A stretch of DNA of 64,000 nucleotides from Botryllus schlosseri. Its lineage: Eukaryota. Position numbers and translations under genes: made by a program. The stretch lies in the NCBI GenBank assembly GCA_051294905.1, contig CM119372.1:28460001-28524000 (forward strand), in the 5' to 3' direction. The notes beneath the pieces are model-generated. The model did not search any database. It was not told the origin of the DNA and saw only the letters and a program-made list of their open reading frames with translations. Below, in pieces: positions 51,981-64,000 of this stretch. Every line of letters begins with the position of its first letter. Position 1 is the first letter of the stretch.

Positions 51981-53717
51981 CCATCTAGCGAATGGAATAA
52001 ACACATAAATAGTGTCTGAATCTGGCCTTGCATAACTACTTGGCAACTTAATTCAGCGCCGTGCACTGTATAAGTGTACAATGCACCGTGTCAGTAACAA
52101 ATTGAACTACATGCCCAAAAGTGTCATTGCGCGACCTTTCAAATCGACATGTGCAGCAAGGTCACGTTTTTATTCTCTGGCGTCGCATATATATCTTCGT
52201 CTGAGGACTAATTAGTTAAATTGCTCGGCTCACATAGGCAACAGTCCCGTTTTGTGAAATGTGTAGTGATGAATCTTTTTCGAATCGCACAAGGCCATTG
52301 GTGATATGCTGAAGTGAAAAATTGCTGGTATGACGAATACCCACAATACACTGATTACAGAGTAGGCCGCGGCATATCTAGCCCACCTAGATTTGGCGCC
52401 CATATATGAACATGGTTAGAAAAGGTGGAGCCAAGGAGGCAACAATTCAGAATTTTGTGAACGATTACCGTATAATTATGTGAATTCAGCCAAAAATAGT
52501 AGCATAACATCTCATGGAATACATCGGAGCCGGAGCTACACTTCAAAGTTCAAACAACCGGCTTCAGCTCCGGCTCCGGCTCCGGCTCCATTTGAATTTT
52601 ATATAGATCTTCGGTTCCAGCTCCGGCTACGCTGAAAATGTACGGCTCTGTGACTCCGGCTCCTTGCTCCGGCTCCGTCTCCAAAGCCCTGGTCTTCACC
52701 GCCGCACTTGCTCGACGCGACCTCCATATTGTAGCTCCAATTCTTTATGTAGTACGTGAAAAATCTATGATATGTCACTCACTTTGCTTCCACAATCCAT
52801 ATGATACAACAGCACGGACTCTCAATGACATTTGCAACATATGTATGTATTTGTAATTTGTATAATCACCATACTGGTCGAGGCTCCGTTGTACGCTACA
52901 TATAGGCTACTGTGCCGTGCTATGCTTATGTCTTAATTATCATCTGAAACTAGCTACGATTGAACAATGAAGATTCTCAAGGACACACTCAAATTCACCA
53001 TGAATATTAGAAACAGGCCTCTACAATAAATTATCCGAAATAAGTTACAGCCATCCAATACGTCGTTGGCCAATGGGTATTGTCGCAGTACTGTACCGGC
53101 GTATGCACTACAAAAATGCTATCATTTTACATTCATAATAATGAGACACACTCGGCACTACTTTCGTTGTATCATTCTTGTGAATTGTGGATTCGTTAAT
53201 ATACAAATTATACATCTATATTAATTCCTCATTAGATCAGATGGCATTTGCACAGCAGGGTACCGGTATAGTGTACACTAGGGTTGTTCAAAATTAGGAA
53301 AATGTTTGGAATTATGCGTGTCCATCGCTTTTTCTGTAGATTATTGTTAAAAACAATAACGGGCTTGAAAGAAGCTCGCAGGAAAGCCGCTAACATTTGT
53401 CTAAATGCGTTTGAAAGTCGTTGTCGAAGAGTGGGCGGGCAACCGACAGCAGAGGCGGGCAATCACGAAACCACGGTTCTTGATTGGGTAATCGGCTAAG
53501 CTTCACTGATTACTGCAACAGCTGACTTGGATTCGGGAGCTTCGCTTTACTAAATTGAAAGTCTGTTTTGCTGAGGTAGAGTCTGTTAGTAACGGTTGTG
53601 GTTCTGTACAAGCGCGTTGTGGGTTGATGAGTCATTAGTAGTACTGTAACACGTGTTCTTTGAATGCTTCAGAGTCGATAGCAGTAGTTTATGATTTGGA
53701 GCAACAATAGTGCAGTC

Positions 53718-55420
53718 ATGGCAGAGGCAAAACGGCGAAAGATTGCACACATGCCGCAGCGAAGAACAGGATCCAAATCTGAGCAGTACTTGGTCGGATA
53801 TACTTGCGATTACATCTGTGGCTCGAGATTACCTACTATACGAGAAGTAATGAGTTACTTGCTGCATCTGAAAGAGCATTGTCCTCAGTCAACCCCTACT
53901 CATGAACTATGTATTGTGGTGGTGGATGATGTAATGACAGTGTGGAAAATGGCGAGAATTGCGACAATGCAGAAATCACATGTGGTGCGATCACTTCAAA
54001 ACCTGCACGAAAGATGGCGTGATCTGAAGAAGAATCCGAAACAGGAAAGTGATCCCAAGGGTAAGAGGAGAAAATTCACCGATAATTTGGACAAGCTGCG
54101 GGATATTGGAAGTAGAGATGCCATAACAACAATACAAAATGACATTTATCTATCACATGAAAGAAAGCTTGAAGACATTGCATTTTATGAAGACCAACGG
54201 CAATCTCGCCAGTCAATAATGTTGGGAAGAGACAAAATTCTGGCTAAAGACCTCAAAAAGAAAATAGCAGCCATTGCAGATCAAACTGTTGCAAACGTTT
54301 CACACGACTCAAGTTGTGATCCTTGAGGACCTTCTAGGAAAGAAGGTTTTTTACCATGCGTGTCGGCACCATGTGTATGAGCTAGTAGTCAAAGACGTCT
54401 GGAAATGTTTATTTGGAAAAGCAACAACCGGACCAGAGAACACATGGTTTGCCCACCTTAAGAAGAGCTGGAGCAGTCTTGACAGAAAACAGCAATTCAA
54501 GACTCTGACTATTCCTATATGCTTTAAAGAACGAGCAGCAATGACAGTTGAGACCTTCAAGCTACTACTCGCCAGAAAAGATTTCTTCACACGGGATGAC
54601 TACAAACAATGTGTGACTAATGCTCTTGCTCTTCTCGGTGCAGATGGAGATATACATCATCACAAACCTGGTGCAACACACCATGCAAGGTGGATGGGCA
54701 CAATTCTGTATGCTCAGAAGATGTTTATGTGGGCTGATCAGTTAACATTACAAATTATCTGAAGAAGTGGAACTGCTGCATCGCTTCAATTTATTTTTAG
54801 TTCTCTTTTATATCCCTGCCTGGGTTGCTTCCAGCATCGGTCGTGATGCAGCCGGTAATGACTTGAGATTCATCCAGGACATGTTGAGTTACAAGGAACA
54901 TGATGAACAAGTTTCCAAAGCTGCTTCACAAAAGCTTTTAAAGCATGACTGGTATATCGTGGAGGAAACCGCTGTATATGCCTTGTTTTCGCCGAGTGAA
55001 AGCAATGAAACCCGAGAAAATATGGCAAAGACGCTCCTGCAGGTAGAGCGAACTTCAAGTTTCAGGAGAGGCCCGCCCTCGTTTAATGCAACTGTACACA
55101 TCAACAAGGACACTACTTTGTCTGATTTTATTGGGCCACAGTCGTGGTACATATTTGATGTTTTTGAATGCTCTGGGGCGTGGCTAGCTCAACCGGTTGA
55201 TGTTTGGCACTTATCAGATTCCTACACCAGAATGAGCTCCTACATCAGTTCTGTCAAAGTCGTTAATGATGCCGCAGAACGAGGTGTAAAGCTAAGCACA
55301 GACTATGCTGCAATCTTGACTGACAATGAACAACAAAGAGACAGTCTGCTTCAAGCTGTGGAACAGCATAAGAAGACAGTTGGAGACAGCAGGAAGTCAA
55401 CTCTAATCAAAAGCCTGTAA
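53718..55420 (+). pseudogene. Deleted hATm-like transposase
   Basis: Homologous to 40124-42425; ~600-bp deletion at ~54315 removes HWDGK and FDTT; frameshift at ~54750. Confidence 0.9.
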
Positions 55421-55552
55421 TCTGCAACTTGTGCCTGACAATGCAACACTGATCTGCAACGTACTTTTTTATTGTCTTTTGTAAATAGTGCTTTTCGCCT
55501 TCATTCAGTTGTGAATAAAAAGTGTAATATGCGTTCGTTTATGGGTGAGACG

Positions 55553-56496
55553 CAGTGTTGGGATGACTCGAGTCATGACTTGACTCGAGTCACCTTTTTC
55601 GTATGACTTGACTTGACTCGAGTCATTTTGCTAAAATGACTTGACTTGACTTAACTCGGCGAATCAGAAATGTGGATTGACTCGTGACTCGGAGCAAAAT
55701 TAACGAGTCAATTTCAAGTCATCAAGTAATCGGAGTCGATAAAATTCACAAATCACTGTGTCTTGCATATGTTCGGATTGTTCGCGAGCAATCATTCAAT
55801 GATCGTGCATTTCACTGAGCCTCTATTGTTCTCTCACAAATAAATTGACCGCAAACGAAGTGATCGAAGCTCACAGCTTACGTTGTCGTAAACTAGTATA
55901 GTAGAGTAATTTAATAGCAAAATTTCTGTTCTCTGTTCTTACTTCTTACCCTAACCAAAGCTCTTGTTTTATTGAAATTGAATTCGAATATAGTTTATAT
56001 AGTCTTCAATCATTGGCGCAGGCTCGAATTGTATCATATCAATTTGTAAATGGGTAATGTATTGCATCTTATCAAGTCGTTTCTTTTTCTCTATTTTGGC
56101 TGGTAACTATATAAACTGAGGCTATGCAATGACTTACGTAGTTTAGCAGTTATACGTGCATGTATGAGCGATAGAGCGCCTTCTTGCGTGTATATTTAAC
56201 TCCATATTCGTTCGTCGGTTCAAAATCTATGATCACTTAATCTGTATTTCAGACAGCTAGCAAAATGCAATGACGTAATCATGCCTCATACTTCTAAAAG
56301 GCAACTTGACTTGAATTGTGACTTGACTCGTGACTTGACTTGACTTGACTCGACTTGACTCGAGTCTCCTCCAAAAATCGAGTGACTTGACTCGAGTCAC
56401 CTTCGAAAATCGATTGACTTGACTTGACTCGAGTCAAAATGTGCAATGACTCGAAATGACTCGTGACTCGAAGGTAGTGACTTGATCCCAACACTG
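55553..56496. mobile_element. hAT MITE nested in hATm copy 2
   Basis: TIR CAGTGTTGGGAT; perfect TSD GTGAGACG; empty site GAGAGACG at ~42533-42540 in copy 1. Confidence 0.95.
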
Positions 56497-59313
56497 GTGA
56501 GACGTCGACTAGTCATAACAACTAACAAGTACTACTGAGATGTTGACTCCTGGTGGTAAATTTTTGAGTTTCACTCACTGTCAGTAACTTTTGGAAAGGT
56601 TGAAGGTAGCAAGATGCATGCATCTAGTTTATTCGTATCTCAACTAGCGAGAGCACCTGTGCAATACATAGCACTTATACACATTCTGCAGGTAGATATT
56701 AACTTAGGCGGTTGCAATGTTGTACTATGGACTCTTGATGACAACATTAACAAAGGCAATATATCATGTCTGTAAAGCCACCAACAGAAACGACTGCACA
56801 CAGCACGCAAAAATCGTTACCAGCAGTGTTCACAAAGTCGGTCTTTCAGCCAATCATTAGCTTTATTATTACCGGCTTCAACCAATCAGGATTAATCGCT
56901 TCTCTTTGCCCGCCCACTTCATTGATTCCCCGCCCACTCGCCGACGGCTACTTTCAAACGCATTTAGACAAATATTACCGGCTTTCCTGCGAGCTTTTTT
57001 CAAGCCCATTATTGTTTTTTAACAATAATCTACAGAATAAGCGATGGACACGCAGAATCCCAAACATTTTCCAAATTTTGAACAACCCTAGTGTACACCA
57101 GTGGTTCTTGACCTGGCCTCCAGCGCCCCCCAAGGGGCTCTGGCGATTTTGAAAGGGGCGGAAACGCTCAGTGGGCGATATAGGGGGCGCTGGGCTAAGG
57201 AGAGTGATATTTGGGGCGCGATGGAAAAATGGCTTCACAGTAGATGATGATGTGGTAGTAGGACATATCCTTAATGGAGCTGCAATTTATTGAAATTTCC
57301 ACAGGTGTTTCACGCTCCAGCAGTCACGCAGAGATCGAACTTTACACAAAATGGCCGCGGCCAAAATTATTTTTAGAGTGCAGTGCCTTTTTAAGCGTCT
57401 ATGGACAATTGACTTATATACATCGAAATTTACGGTCAACATTAGGGCAATCCTCTTCGGCAAAGGTTTTCTCGCTGACAATCTTTTTGGCACACTTCTC
57501 GGAGTCCCATATTGGCAGGAACTTCATATGTGTTCGCGCATCTTGGCGTGGTAATGGCCGACGCCGAAATGCCTATTTCTAATTTACATAATCATGCGTG
57601 TTTTTTTCGTGGAGGAGTCGTCAAAACATGATGAGTAATTTATGTTCATTCACTGAAATAATTTAGGGCACCCTTCGAGCTCACCCCTCACCCCTCGCGA
57701 TATTGGGTTTGGGTTGCAGCAGTTCCGGTACTGGTAAGAGGTCAAATCCAGTGGCTCTTTTCGGGACTTAAGTATTAATCGCGCTCGAGGACAACTCAGC
57801 AATAATTAACCATATAATAATTATATGAGGTAGGCCTATATTCAGGGTCAAATCTAGGTTGTTATAACAACAATCGGGTACGGTCTCATACAATGTTCCC
57901 TCTAATTTTTGACGAGTCTGCGCAAACACGCCAACTCACTGCGCAGGCCCATAGACAACAGTGCGCAACTCGGCCCCCCCATATGGTGATAAGCCTAATT
58001 TCTGGGGGCATCCTCCCCCCCAGACCCCCCTTCGGACCTTACGCTTTTTGCCGCTACTTTTCATCTATATTGGGTGTCCGCTTAGTGGGTGTATAGCCTG
58101 GGCGCGCGAAGCGCGAAAAATTTATATAATTCATGATTGAATCGGTCAATATGATCGGGAATTGCATACATAATGCTATCAATTTTTATCCTCTCTCTGC
58201 TCACGTTACCAGATTTACCGGTAGAGTTGATCGAATAAGGTGTGTTGGAAAAGGTAGGACCCCTAAATAATAATCAAATATCTTCGGGCGTACCCGATGG
58301 TAATGACTTCGGTACATGATGCTCTTTCGTGTCCTCCTATCTGACGTGTCAAAAGATATTGAAATCGTCCAAACGTACTAAACTGAGACGTACACGACTT
58401 CAAATTGTTATTTCTTCTTTGAAAAAGTTGCATAAATTTCCAAAAAATTACTTCATGATTTATGTTTATTCACAAAATAATTTTGGTTCCCCTTCGAGCT
58501 CGGGCCGCCCAATTGGGGGGTTTGGGGTGCGGCAGTTACGGTCCTGTGCGTAACACCAGACGTGCGTGTATCCATTCGAGTCACATGATTCATTGATTGA
58601 ATCAAAATACAGCATTTACATTTAGATTTATTGCATTACACCAGATAATCACATTATGAGTGACGATGGGGAACTACGCTCTAAACATGATGTGGTCTGG
58701 ACTTGAAGTTAAGCCATTGAGGGCATTTTTTTCTCAGAACGCCGTCGCGTTTGGGCTTCTGCTTAAATATTTTTGGGATATGCACCATAGCACACGTGCT
58801 ACTTTGTGGTGTCGCAAAGGGCTAAGAAGCATTCACCCGCAATTGCGATAAACCTCGACATCATGGATATCGCACGTGTTCTGTGGTGCATATTTTGAGG
58901 GTGTTTTGGCTACAGTTCGAGTGCGGTGGCTTTCTGAAGAAAATGAATGCTATTCTTTTGCATATTTTGCTTCTCTACATATTTTGCAGAGCACACCTTT
59001 ATCGCTCGAAAAATAAACATTCTCACCTAATTTCACAGTTTTTTTCTTCCGTTTTCACATGCCCCGACAACAGCTATGTTAAACTAGGGTTGCCATATGT
59101 CCGAAATTTCCCGGACTTTTCCGTAATTTCACTGTAAAAACTGCGTCCGGTAGGAATTTCTAAAATACGCCTAAATGTCCGGAATTTTGAAGACTTGAAG
59201 TAAGCTAATTTTTTTTTATAAATCATAAACAAGATTATTTTTGGACAGATTTATGCTACATGAAATTTTTCTTCGCGCTGCGCGCGATTTAGTATCAGGA
59301 ATATTGGTTTTAA

Positions 59314-60765
59314 TCCTTTGTGGACTAGCGTAACAAATTCGGTACATAGCGAATTACATCATTTTATACCGACTTTACGCATACTTGACACAGCCACGAC
59401 GGCCGTCGCAGATAGTACACATTCCGAACTTACCTTTAGCGCCTTTTAAAATAGAGTGTTTGGAGTGCAAGGTGGGTGTCCCGGACGTTGTTTATTGCAT
59501 TGGCATGTCTAAGTGAAATCGGTGGACCCACGTTCTTTGCTGCTTCGCGGTCGAAGGATTTGGTGAGTATATTCGTTTATAAAAATATGTATAGGATTCT
59601 TTACACCAGAAATAACATAGCCAGAAGTGTTTTGGATCAATAATGTGTTATTTTACTTGGCAATGTTGAAAATGAGGAGTGATGCTAATTTGCATCATTG
59701 GCCTTTTGTTGGTAAACTCTGACAACATTCCTACTACTATAAAGTTTCTGATATCATGTCCCAAAATCGATGGAAGCAAATCAAATCTTTCTTGCTCATT
59801 GTTCATCCCGCATAAGGTGATTTTTGCAGTAGGAACTGTGCGATCAAACAGACTGTCTGGCTGACAATTCAGTATTGGCACTGACAGCAGGACAAGAAGG
59901 AGAGGGAGATTTGAAGTAATGGAAGTTTCTCTGGACGGCGTTAGTATTCAGGCAGTAAAGTGGTATGACAATCGCAGTGTGCTATTGGCCAGTACCTTTG
60001 TCGAAGCAAATCATGTTAGGAAAATTAAAAGATGGCACAGGAGACGAAGTAACGCTCACAGGTGGACTACCCATTCATTATCGAACAGTACAATTCATTT
60101 ATGGGTGGGGTTGATCTTCTGGATACCTATTTGGCTTATTACAGAACATGTATCCGGTCAAAAAAAGATCACATGTAATTGTACTTTCATGTGTCGTCAA
60201 TAGTTAGTTGCTGTACAGGCGGGACTGGGATTTTCTGCAATTTCCGAAATAGAAGCAAAAAGGTCTGCTTGCTTCCAAATTATATGCAGAATACCTGGTA
60301 AAATATGGAAAATTAGTGACCGGAGAAAAAGAGGGTGGCCATCCCTCTGTATCCAGCAGGAGTATCATAAGACAAGGAAAAGAGGACCAATAAAGCCCAC
60401 CCAAACGTGACCAAGTGGGTCACACGCCTGCCGTGGACACCAGGCAGAGATACAAGAGACAAACCTGCAAAGAACAATCGGCTATAAAATGTGTCAAATG
60501 TCATGTACATCTGTGCCTGAACAAAAACTCTAACTGTTTTGCTTATTTTCAACAATAATTTCAATTGTCAAAACTGCCCTGTTTTGTTTCGATTTTTTGT
60601 CGCGAAAGCCTGACGTCGCAAATTTGCGACAAACATTTAAAATAATAAATAATGAAAAAAAAATTAAAGTTTTGTTGACCAATGTCTAAGTTGAGGCAAA
60701 ACAATTAAAGTTACGCATAGAAATAATTTTTCCAATCATAGAGAATATATTCAGTCCACAAAGGG
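59314..60765 (+). mobile_element. Internally deleted piggyBac element
   Basis: TTAA-(T)CCTTTGTGGACT ... AGTCCACAAAGGG-TAA; remnants GTVRSNR, KWYDNRSVLLAS, YNSFMGGVDLLD and C-terminal CVKCHVHLCL...CF. Confidence 0.9.
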
Positions 60766-61085
60766 TAAGAAGACTACCACCCTCGCAAAAATGGCGATCA
60801 AAAATAAATATAAAATGACGTTCATTTACAAAAATAAGTCTGATTGTAATCGCAATTACAAGATGACGGTATATTCATAGAGTCGGTTTAGGGCAGGCCG
60901 TTTGGAAGCTTTATTCAAAGATGGCGGTTCTAAACCTGAGGGTAGTTTGCCTTTATTCTGGGTTTCGCGAAGATATTGAAGCGAACGTAATTAGCTTCCC
61001 AAATAGGCCGTGACTAAGTCTGGGCAAATGTGCTGACATTTAATTAGTAATCAGCTCATCAAATGTTGAGCTGGGCCACGGCACA

Positions 61086-64000
61086 TTTGAGTAGCAATTA
61101 AAGTCACAAGAAATCACTCTTTCCATATAGTTGAGTTTTAACCTTCTTTGTTGCCATTGTCACATTTCGCATTATACGGTATGTGTTTCAAATTGCTACG
61201 TGATACGTTTCCAAGTCCCTAATTCGTAAAACAAGTCAAACAGTACTCGCCATTACTATATCACTCATTATATCTATCACCCAAAATAGATGTCAAAAAA
61301 AGAAAGCCTAAAACTGAAATTCAAAGAAGGTCCAGAGCACTAAATATTTGTATACTGGAGTCAGGGGAAATCCCGTCCTTTTAGTTTTTGCCGAGGATGT
61401 CGTCGAGATTAAGGATTTTAATTAATGTGGGTCTTATGACAAAAACACGAAGCACTTAGTAAAAGGAAGGCGAATTTCAGAAAAACAGCAAGCTTCGCTC
61501 AACATCAAGGCTATATAAGCTGCACACTGCTCGGAAGGCAGCGACCGAGACAATAAGTTTTTACTATCGCATATACATTTCAGTGCAGTGGTTCTAGAAG
61601 TGAGGGGGGCGGGAAAGCATCTGAAGGGGCGTGCGAAGCCGCAGTTTAATAATATTTTTTTCGCGCTCCGCGCGATTTACCCCCGGTTTATACTTGTTGC
61701 TCTGTGTTTTGTCCGACTTTTATCTTTCAGAATTCTCTCATCAACAGCCATAACGTTCCATGCCAACCAACTATCCGTTGGGATTGCTAGCATTCACATC
61801 GCACTATTTAATATTTTGCGATATATCTTGATAAGGGGCGCGAAATATTTCACTATCATAAAGGGAGGCGTGCCTAAAAAAGTTTGAGAACAACAGTTTT
61901 AGAATCTTAATAGAAGAACGTGGTTAGGGGTTTAAAGAGAGTTAGAAATGTATCATGTTAACATTGTTTCGAATCATGACGGCTAATAAATATTTTTTTA
62001 ATAACCGTCACTTTCTCTTTACCTAACATCAACACATTCATTAAGCATCATTTATTAACAATGTAATTTAGAAATGAAATTACATCATCATCGGCAAGCA
62101 CTTGGCTGAGAAATGAAATTAAAACACGCTGGAAAATTTAGCTAAATTTTTTCATTCGGCCCGCCAACGTATTTTTTACTTCTCATTTGGACCGCGGAGG
62201 AAAATAATTGTCCACCCCTGTTCTAATGCAACACCGACAATGCCAGAATTGAAGTTGTCAAGGTTAATGGCTACAAAGATATGAGGGCCACAATTGATTT
62301 GATCATTTAATTGAACTTGACGAACATTACGTTTGGTCACTAATCCACGCCCTTACTATATGCTATGTAAAATCATTCTCATTTACCAGCAGGTACGAGT
62401 ATAGAGTACGTAAATTGAATGTTAGGCTGAACGAAATTTTGACCAATGTTAGGGCACGGAAATCATGTTGAAGGTATATATGCGTAGCAGAATTTTACTA
62501 GTAATTTGTGGAAAGCTAGGGGATAGAATCATTAGAAGTCGCGAAGAAGTTCAATCGGTATCACTTTTCTTATCGCCGACCTCACTGCAATTGCAGCGAC
62601 TTAAAAAGCCCAGAAAGTATAATGAGCTTAAAAGTTGCAGCAAAGATCCGATGAATGATGAATGACTGATTCGTTGAAGAGGAAGTGTAAGAAAAGTCGC
62701 CATTGAAAATGCATTGAACTGTCGAAATTGCCATTGTGGCATTGTCGTGGAGCGCAAAGCATAATAAGGCTATATAAGCAGGGCATGGTATGGTATGGTA
62801 TGGCATTGAACGAAATTTCGGTATGGAATATGGAAAAATGCAAGTATGGTATGGTATGGAGATTTCCCATGGTATGTAATGCTTTTTCCATACTTCCATA
62901 CTTTTTCCATACTTTGACAGTTTTGCCAGAATCATGACTTTGATCCTACTTTCGATTTGTCAAGTTGATTGCATACCTCAGAAAATCGCTCACTGTCTAT
63001 GGTTCCTATCTCGAATTGTGATTCATGACTCACCCACCCCGGACGATATTTATTTGAAGACAACAAAGTTGCGCATCGCGCATATGAAGGAAAATAATAT
63101 TAATAATAATTTTTCAATCTAAATATCATAAAAACGAATGATATTCGACCGCTGTCGTGTTACAACTTGCATTTCGATTGTCGTGACTTCCACTCCGTAA
63201 ACTACCAATGGAGTTGTAAAAACCGTAGACTCTGACAATGTAGAAGTTACACGAACATTTTGATCAATTTGTTGAACTTGTAAATAATTTTCTGCGCTTT
63301 GGTACGATTATCATCACGCAATGTCCATTTGACATAACCGCATTGTAATTCAACGAAGATTAACCGCATTGTAATTCAAAGAAGATTGCTAAGTATGGTA
63401 TGAAAAATTGCCAAGTATGGTATGGAGCGATTGGGGTGGGTATGGAGTATGGAAAATTTCCATTCCATTCCATACCATATACCATGCCCTGACTATAAGC
63501 ACCACTGTCCTATACCTTATCAAAACCATACAATACAATCTGGTATCGCTGCGTTCATACAAATCCCGGTGGATTTCCAGCGGATTTGATTGTCGCTATT
63601 GTTCATTTTCTGGAGAATGCAGTGCAACCTGTACTCACTCTCCAATGTATGCATTTAATATCCTGTAATCGAATACCGCTATGGAACATGAGTAGGGCAT
63701 TGTGATGTGAGGCGTTTCATTTAGAACTGTGTTTTGTCTCATAGGATATGCTCTTACGAGTATCTATATTCTTCGGTGTGTAATTTTTACAATGCGTCGT
63801 TCAGTGCATTCATAATAAATTGATTTCAATACAGAATACCTTCCGGATTAGTAAAGCTGTGGTATAGAATAAAATCTGTAACGGATATGATATGAATCGT
63901 GACTAATGTATCATGATAAACGAAATTGTGGCGTTTTCCATTCACAAGATTTTTTTTCAAATCTTATAGGACGATTCCCATTAGGTTGTACAGTATCGTA
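61086..64000 (+). repeat. Segmental duplication, copy B (continues past the window end)
   Basis: Matches 25954-29410, lacking the 27327-27792 MITE and ~60 bp near 27926-27988. Confidence 0.95.

Larger units (their letters stand above)
53279..57090 (+). mobile_element. hATm-like transposon, copy 2 (diverged, internally deleted)
   Basis: Long TAGGGTTGTTCAAAAT TIRs; perfect TSD GTGTACAC. Confidence 0.95.

Noticed and set aside
55561..56480. GACTCGAGTC/GACTT arrays as a regulatory or CRISPR-like array
   Set aside because: Subterminal repeats of a TSD-flanked hAT MITE

Overview
Eukaryotic, AT-rich, transposon-saturated animal genomic window; an ascidian origin is an inference from the gene below. 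Most of it is nested DNA transposons: many hAT MITEs with 8-bp TSDs, Buster/Tip100-type hAT relics, two hATm-type elements, a PIF/Harbinger, a piggyBac, a probable EnSpm/CACTA-like relic and foldback MITEs with telomere-like minisatellites. It also holds retroelement fragments (Penelope-like with a minimal hammerhead ribozyme, an R4/Dong-like RLE LINE, a tRNA-derived SINE) and a ~3-kb segmental duplication. The only host gene I can support is a 4-coding-exon gene at 35438-36651 (+) that the ORF track misses. It encodes a 101-aa secreted precursor: signal peptide, then WLHVHFHF-G, then a His/Glu-rich follower containing a second VHFHW motif. The octapeptide matches the pattern of the ascidian antimicrobial peptide plicatamide (FFHLHFH-dcDeltaDOPA), making it a candidate ribosomal precursor gene for plicatamide-like modified peptides. 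Family assignments rest on motif recognition by eye; no database searches were run.
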